Position numbers and translations under genes: made by a program. A model generated the notes under the pieces. That model was given only the letters and a program-made list of their open reading frames with translations. It was not told the origin of the DNA and did not search any database. From assembly GCA_965218435.1 (NCBI GenBank), contig CBDCKW010000005.1, positions 620,835 to 684,834 on the forward strand: 64,000 bases of DNA, given 5' to 3'. Position 1 is the first letter of the stretch. Each line of letters starts with the position of its first letter. The stretch is from Truepera sp. Lineage in GTDB: Bacteria; Deinococcota; Deinococci; Deinococcales; Trueperaceae. This document shows, piece by piece, positions 58,780 through 64,000 of this stretch.

Positions 58780-59484
58780 CTAGCTCTCGCTCCACGACTT
58801 ACGCTCCTCTGCCGCTGCACGCACCCGTACATCGGCGTCTCCCAAATGCCCTGCCAAGGGCTGTTGTTCGTTTAAGGCGAGTGCAACTCTCGCAAGTACC
58901 GGTAGGTCGCAAACGGTTTCGTACGGGGGGCACGTCAGGTAGTAGAAAAAGTCGCCGAGCAGAAGAAACTGCGAAAACGGGTCTATGTGGCGGGGCAAGG
59001 TTGCCGCTTTGAGCTTGGGATGGTAGAACCCTTTGGTTGGCAGCCCTAAGCACTTGCCCAGGGTGGCTTTTGCCTCAGCAGTGCGGAGAGAGGGATAAAG
59101 TGCCTGCCAGCAGATCGGGGCCAGCTGCACGGCAAGCAACATCTCCTGGGCGGGGCTAAGGTTGGCCCCTTCCCATTCGGGGACGATCCGGCTCAAGATC
59201 GAAGCCAATGTGGGCGGCAGTCCAGTGTAGACCGCGACATGATGCTCGAAGCGCTCGAGCCTTTTGGCGTCGGAACCTACGGCTGCCCGAAGCAACTCAC
59301 GCGGCGCTTCGGGGTGCGAGAAAAGCTGCGCCATGACCGTAACGTCGTGCCGCCGCCGTGCCGCCTCGGTAAACACCCAGAGCGGCGGTACCGGCTCGGT
59401 GAATAGTTCGCCGAGCTCGACTGCCGTCAAGCCCCTTACCGCGTTCGGGTCGGCAGCAATCCTCAAATACAGTTCAGCGAGCAA
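58780..59484 (-). CDS. Hypothetical protein
   Basis: 234-aa ORF overlapping both neighbours. Confidence 0.65.
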   Translation of the reverse strand: MLAELYLRIAADPNAVRGLTAVELGELFTEPVPPLWVFTEAARRRHDVTVMAQLFSHPEAPRELLRAAVGSDAKRLERFEHHVAVYTGLPPTLASILSRIVPEWEGANLSPAQEMLLAVQLAPICWQALYPSLRTAEAKATLGKCLGLPTKGFYHPKLKAATLPRHIDPFSQFLLLGDFFYYLTCPPYETVCDLPVLARVALALNEQQPLAGHLGDADVRVRAAAEERKSWSES

Positions 59485-60149
59485 GGCGGGTCACCTCTCC
59501 AAAGGGAAAGGCGTCGTCCGGCAACCCGCCTTCACTCACCACCCACAAGCACGGGTGGTCGCAATCATCGGGAAAGGTGCCGTAGCCGTCGGTAAAGACG
59601 ATCAAGGGTGTATTGGGCTCGAGTTTTTCAGCTCGCCCAAAAAACGGCACGAAACTCGTACCCCCACCTCCCGTTGGTGGGGGGATAGTCGTGTCTTGGG
59701 TCAGTTCAAAAGGGCCGTACAGGTCGGCGTCGCCGTAGGTCAGCGTCACCATGACGTTGGGGTAGGCGTTCAAGATGCCTTTGAGTTCGCCTAGAAATTG
59801 CCCTTGCGACCTCGCGTCGGCCAAGCTGCCGCTGGTATCGATATGCACGGCGACGTGAACCCCGGTGCTTTCCAGCGTCTCGACGTAAAGGCCGTAGTAA
59901 ATCAGCCGGGTGTCGAACGCGCCGTAGTCATCTTGGGTCGGTGTCAGGTAACGGCGCAAGACGCCCTGCCAGTTGACCTGCTGCTTACCTAGCATCAGCG
60001 CAAGCTCTTGACCCTCCGGCAGCGTTCCCGCCTGGGTCATCCGCGCTAACGTTGCAGCCCGCTGCAAGACGTTCTGCCAGTAGCCCCTTGTACTTTCGCT
60101 TTCCTTATTTTTCCCCTCGAGCAGGTCTCCCCCACTCGAGTAATTTAGT
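59474..60149 (-). pseudogene. vWA-like domain protein (DUF2201-type C-terminus), 5'-truncated at IS5
   Basis: VNWQ.VLRRY, HIDTSGS MIDAS, GGGGTSF.P and VFTDGYG; the N-terminal metallopeptidase part is absent. Confidence 0.8.
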
Positions 60150-61042
60150 AGACCTCCGGCGAAAGTCACGTAACTTGTAGGTCATAATTATAGAGCGCAG
60201 CGATGAGGTTGAGCCTGAGACCGAAACGGCGTCTTCTATGACGGTAAGTTTCTTTAAGAACGCGGAAGACTTTGAGCTTACGAATGACATGTTCAGCTAC
60301 GATGCGTTCTCTGGCCAAGGTGCGGTTATGAGCTTTTTGTTCATAAGTGAGTACCTTGCCACGCCAGCGCTTATGCGGGGTGCGGCTGTTAGCGTGGAAC
60401 TTAGCAACGCCTTGAAAGCCGCTGTCTGAGAGGAGTTGGGTGTCTTTATACAAGTGCTGGGCACAGCGACTCTGCTCGAGTAGCTTGAAGTCGTGTCGGC
60501 GTCCTTTGCCATAAGCTGTACTAAGGATGCACTTTGTCTTTAGGTTGACAAAAACCTGGCTCTTTTGCGTATGCTGTTTTTTCTTACCCGAGTAGTAAGC
60601 CCGCTGTTTTTTTGGGGCGTTCAATCGGTGATTCGGCGATGTCTACCACGACGACTTCTAAGTTGTGGTCATCGCGCAGTGCTTTACGCCCCGGTAGCGT
60701 GAAATCGCCCAAGCTGATGAGTGCTTCTTCCACTCGTTCTATCGTCCGCCGCACCGTACTTTCGTCAACCTGCCAGTCCTCTGCAAGATGAAAGTGCGTC
60801 CGATACTCTCGCCAAAAAGAAAGCGTCAGTACAAGTTGGTCTTCTAAACCTAAAGCGGGCGTGCGCCCTCGTTTCTTTTTCTTTAGCTCTCGTGCTTTAA
60901 GTATCTCTAACATTTTCGCAAACGTCGGCGGCTTGACCCCAAGTTTGCGCTTGAACTTCTCAGTCGGTAATGCCAGACTTCGCACGGTTTGCTCTCGCAT
61001 TCTTACAGTCTGTCATCTTTGACCTACTTTCGCCGGAGGTCT
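60150..61042 (-). mobile_element. IS5-family element, copy 2 (same as 37682..38574, inverted)
   Basis: Same IRs and ORFs (61000..60584, 60624..60166); AGT on both flanks. Confidence 0.93.
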
Positions 61043-61992
61043 AGTGGGTTCAGAACCTTCAAGATATTTGGAACACTGGTGTAGTGCATCCCTAGCTCGC
61101 CGCGTTCGTCATCGTCCGCGACTGCCTGAATCATCGAGCCAAAGATATCGGGGTTGATACGCTTCCAGTCGAGTTTTCCTACATGTAGCAGATAAGACCT
61201 GGCAATTTTGCTGAAACGGGGAACTTGCAGATCCCCCGAAAACAAGCCGCCGTTGACGTAGGGGAATTTTCTAGCCCAGCCCTTGATCTGTGACGCTTCA
61301 TGGTTTGTGGGTTTTGTATTCATGGCGCGAAACATTTCGCCAATGACCTCATGGGTGTCCGAGGCGTCACTGGCGGTCATTTGCTCGAGCTTGTCGGTGA
61401 AAAGATCCGCACCATCAAAAATACCGGTATCTTCAGCAAAAAAACAGAAGATAAGCCGCGCCATGAAATGATTCATGTCGTGACGCCGGTCTGCATGGCT
61501 CCAGTCGGGATTGTGCTGTAACAGTTCTACGTATAACTTGTTCAAGCGGCTCGTGGCCCTGATATCAAACGAGCTTTCACGTATCTGTTTGACGGTCGTG
61601 ATACCAGCAAGCGGCAAGAAAAAACCGAAGTGGTCAGGAAATCTCTGGTACTCGCAAGCAACGGTTTCCCCCGTGGTTAAATCCTCGGCTTGGAACTCTT
61701 CACCATCAGTTGCAAGGATGAACCGCGCTTTCTGACTTTTTGTTGCGGGACTTTCCCGCAGCGCCCCTAAGATCTGCGTGACCGACCCGTGGTTGGCTAC
61801 CGCCATATGGATATTGCTGCGTTGTAGCACGCCACCGGCAACGTCCGACTTGTTGTTATTCCCTGTCTTTAGGCGTTTGATGGTTGTTGCTTTGTTTCCA
61901 AACGCTTCTAAAAAGGCATAAGGGAACTCTGCTGAATCGAAAGCTTCGGCAGCTAAATTGGATATTGCCTCTTCGATCTCAACTGCGTTCAA
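61043..61992 (-). pseudogene. MmeI/YeeA-like type IIL restriction-modification enzyme, 3'-truncated at IS5
   Basis: NAVEIEEA.., RLIFCFFAEDTG, FPYVNGGLF, INPDIFGSMIQ and GMHYTS; ends before the SAM-binding and NPPF motifs. Confidence 0.85.
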
Positions 61993-62331
61993 TGCTTTAC
62001 CCCATTTGTCCTGATATTCAGTTAAGCGCTGTAGCAATCATATCAAGAGGAAGTATGACCACTGGGCAAATTGAGCGCAGAGCCAAACCCCTTACAGAAA
62101 AGAGAAACGCTCTTTGCTACAGGCGGCCTTACGTCAAGAAACGCGCCAGTAAATTTTATAACTTGAACTGCCAATTCCGGAACGGTTTTTCTTCAAATCT
62201 TTCGGAAATAGTTGTCAGGTTTGCTGCTCACAAGTCTTTTCTGTTAAACCTCTTATTAGAGACACGTCTTGGATGTGTAGACGCCTCGAGTCTGCTATCT
62301 ATTTAGCTCAGAGTGAGACGGTGTAAGTTGT

Positions 62332-63471
62332 TTAGACCCACCCTGCTTTTGCAATAGGTTCGGTGACTGACTTAATAAATTTGTCAAGCTCAGAGCGCAA
62401 GTATTGTTCTGAAAACTTTATGTTGGCGCGTACCAGAACCTGTTTCTCCAAATCTAGTCGTTGAACCCGCACTACCTTATCTGCCTCTAGCTGAAACATC
62501 GCACCCCCGGAAATTGCCGTTCTGATAGGATCGGAAGTGATGATTGAACCCGTGCAATTTATGCGTACTAATTGTTTCAGAGCTATCAATCCGTTTTTTA
62601 GGCTGACCCCAACTAACAACACATGCACTGCTCTATCCACGGCGTATAGAAGCCTCAGAACTTCGGCTAGCCGTTGTGCAAATGCCCGTGTCGGCTTGCT
62701 TCTTGAAAAATCAACGCTTACGGTTGTAATGCCGTTGTCTACGATCCACTGAACCCATTCAGCCAGGTCGCTGTCATTGCGAAAATAGAGGTTTGGAATC
62801 GCTATAAGGCCTGATTCCTGAATTTCTTGTAAAACGCGGTGGTGTCGCCTTTGCATGAACACGTTGTGGGAGGCGGTAAATCCGCTTTCCTCATCTGTTA
62901 CGGAAAAGGTAGGTCCGGTAACTGCAGCAAACCCTTGCTCAGCAAGAAGGCCGAAGAACTTGCCTCTTCCCTCTTCACCCATAGCCCAAAACCGCTCAAG
63001 GCGGCCGTCTACAGAATTGAGGATTGCAATTAGATCAGTCGATGAGCGAACGCGAAGATGGTGCCGAATGCCAAGCTGATCAAGAAGTCGTTGTCTCGGT
63101 GAAGCAGCCCGGTGCTTTGGATTTGTCAGTAAACCTTTCGTGTCAGCTGCCCCACAGGACACATCGGCAGGAAAGGTAAGTTCGTCTGTGGCAAGTGGAA
63201 TGAGAAGCGGAAAATTAATCAGTCTTGTTTGAGTTACTGTTATTGACGTTAAAGCAGAGCCCTCAGATAGCTGTTTCTCTAAGCTATAGCCTTCCGTCCG
63301 GCGCGCTGTACACCAAATTAGACACTGATCGCAGTCGAACTGACGTTCGTCGGTATAAACACACCCACAAGGAGCTGCGACTGAACCTCCACACAAATGA
63401 TAGAGATCACATTTTTCGGCGCATAGGCGACCGAAAAGCCCGCTCTGAGAGGCCATAGGCAAGAGTCCCAT
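62332..63471 (-). CDS. Hypothetical protein: 8-Cys N-terminal domain plus DUF4417-like alpha/beta domain
   Basis: C..KC..LC..PCGC..CDQC..WC; GPTFSV..HN..R..Q.SG..AIPN.YF resembles DUF4417. Confidence 0.65.
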   Translation of the reverse strand: MGLLPMASQSGLFGRLCAEKCDLYHLCGGSVAAPCGCVYTDERQFDCDQCLIWCTARRTEGYSLEKQLSEGSALTSITVTQTRLINFPLLIPLATDELTFPADVSCGAADTKGLLTNPKHRAASPRQRLLDQLGIRHHLRVRSSTDLIAILNSVDGRLERFWAMGEEGRGKFFGLLAEQGFAAVTGPTFSVTDEESGFTASHNVFMQRRHHRVLQEIQESGLIAIPNLYFRNDSDLAEWVQWIVDNGITTVSVDFSRSKPTRAFAQRLAEVLRLLYAVDRAVHVLLVGVSLKNGLIALKQLVRINCTGSIITSDPIRTAISGGAMFQLEADKVVRVQRLDLEKQVLVRANIKFSEQYLRSELDKFIKSVTEPIAKAGWV

Positions 63472-63480
63472 ATAATATGT

Positions 63481-63828
63481 CTAAAGCCTGATCCGAACGC
63501 CAGGTGGATCCTGACGCAAGTTTTTAATAGTCCCTTTTACACGTTGACCGAGAACAATAGATGCGTTGTGTTCAGTTGGAACATCACCCAGATGGCCTTT
63601 ATTAGTTATGACTCTAAATGGTGAAGTCTGAATGTCAACGCTCACAGCGTCACCTTCTCTTACTCTGGAAAGTACATTTAGGTTCAGATGATATAAACTG
63701 AACTCGAGGTTGTCTTTTTCTAGCACAGCCTCTACCGCGACGCCTCCTCCAGAAAATCCTGACATCATGACATTCAAAAACGCCTTGGATGCTTTTTCAG
63801 TTTTGATCAATTTCGTTTGGCGACCCAC
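63481..63828 (-). CDS. Hypothetical protein, possibly a HIRAN-like beta domain
   Basis: GDAVSV..GHLGDVP pattern; 9-bp gap to the downstream gene; AAGGGAG RBS. Confidence 0.55.
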   Translation of the reverse strand: MGRQTKLIKTEKASKAFLNVMMSGFSGGGVAVEAVLEKDNLEFSLYHLNLNVLSRVREGDAVSVDIQTSPFRVITNKGHLGDVPTEHNASIVLGQRVKGTIKNLRQDPPGVRIRL

Positions 63829-63900
63829 CTGCTCTCCCTTCCGCTACTGCTCAAAATCTAAAATAGCACATTAAGTGTGCCAATGTGTTAAATTGGGTTC

Positions 63901-64000
63901 ATGTATCTCTCTTTCGCTAAAGAAGAACTTGAAACGCTTTACGTGGAGGGTAAGTGTAACTATGAATTATCAGCTTCAGTTATTGGAGCATTCTTCTATC
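63901..64000 (+). CDS. Start of a probable HigB/RelE-type toxin (runs off the window)
   Basis: Hand translation MYLSFAKEELETLYVEGKCNYELSASVIGAFF.. resembles HigB N-termini. Confidence 0.45.
   Translation, partial: MYLSFAKEELETLYVEGKCNYELSASVIGAFFY

Noticed and set aside
1..64000. tRNA, rRNA, riboswitch, integrase/att site
   Set aside because: None recognisable by eye; a covariance-model search (tRNAscan-SE, Infernal/Rfam) would be needed to exclude them.

Overview
Bacterial accessory DNA of roughly 55-60% GC. It is probably from a Deinococcota (Truepera-like) genome, inferred from leaderless TANNNT-6nt-start promoters, the IS types and the HU sequence. The window has four parts. (1) 1-46.3 kb is a large sugar/sugar-acid catabolism island. 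It holds four ABC systems, DgoD, a GH5-like hydrolase, SDR/Gfo/Zn dehydrogenases, a ROK kinase and two paralogous FAD-oxidoreductase + phosphotriesterase + SIS modules. Its regulators are DeoR, FadR, HutC-type GntR and LacI. Two operator motifs can be read directly in the sequence, three copies each. A nested IS stack interrupts the island at 34.7-39.2 kb (IS30 inside IS3; IS3 and IS5 inside IS1595). (2) 46.7-52.9 kb carries XPB-like helicase + Bax1/DUF790, DUF3006 + a ComEC-like nuclease, a tandem array of four acidic proline-rich microproteins and HU. (3) 52.9-60.1 kb is a tightly packed minus-strand run of small mobile-element-type genes (NADAR-like, tandem DUF6915, vWA) with a suspicious 432-bp duplication. 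(4) 60.1-64 kb is a lower-GC defence-island-like end with IS5, a truncated MmeI-like RM gene, an unknown Cys-rich/DUF4417-like two-gene operon and the start of a HigB-like toxin. The best candidates for undescribed biology are the Pro/Asp/Glu microprotein array, the Cys-rich DUF4417-like operon, the IS1595 with its own putative repressor, the duplicated FAD-oxidoreductase/PTE/SIS pathway and the window-wide CTCGAG over-representation. I found no tRNA, rRNA or CRISPR array. All family calls come from motif recognition by eye, not from database searches.
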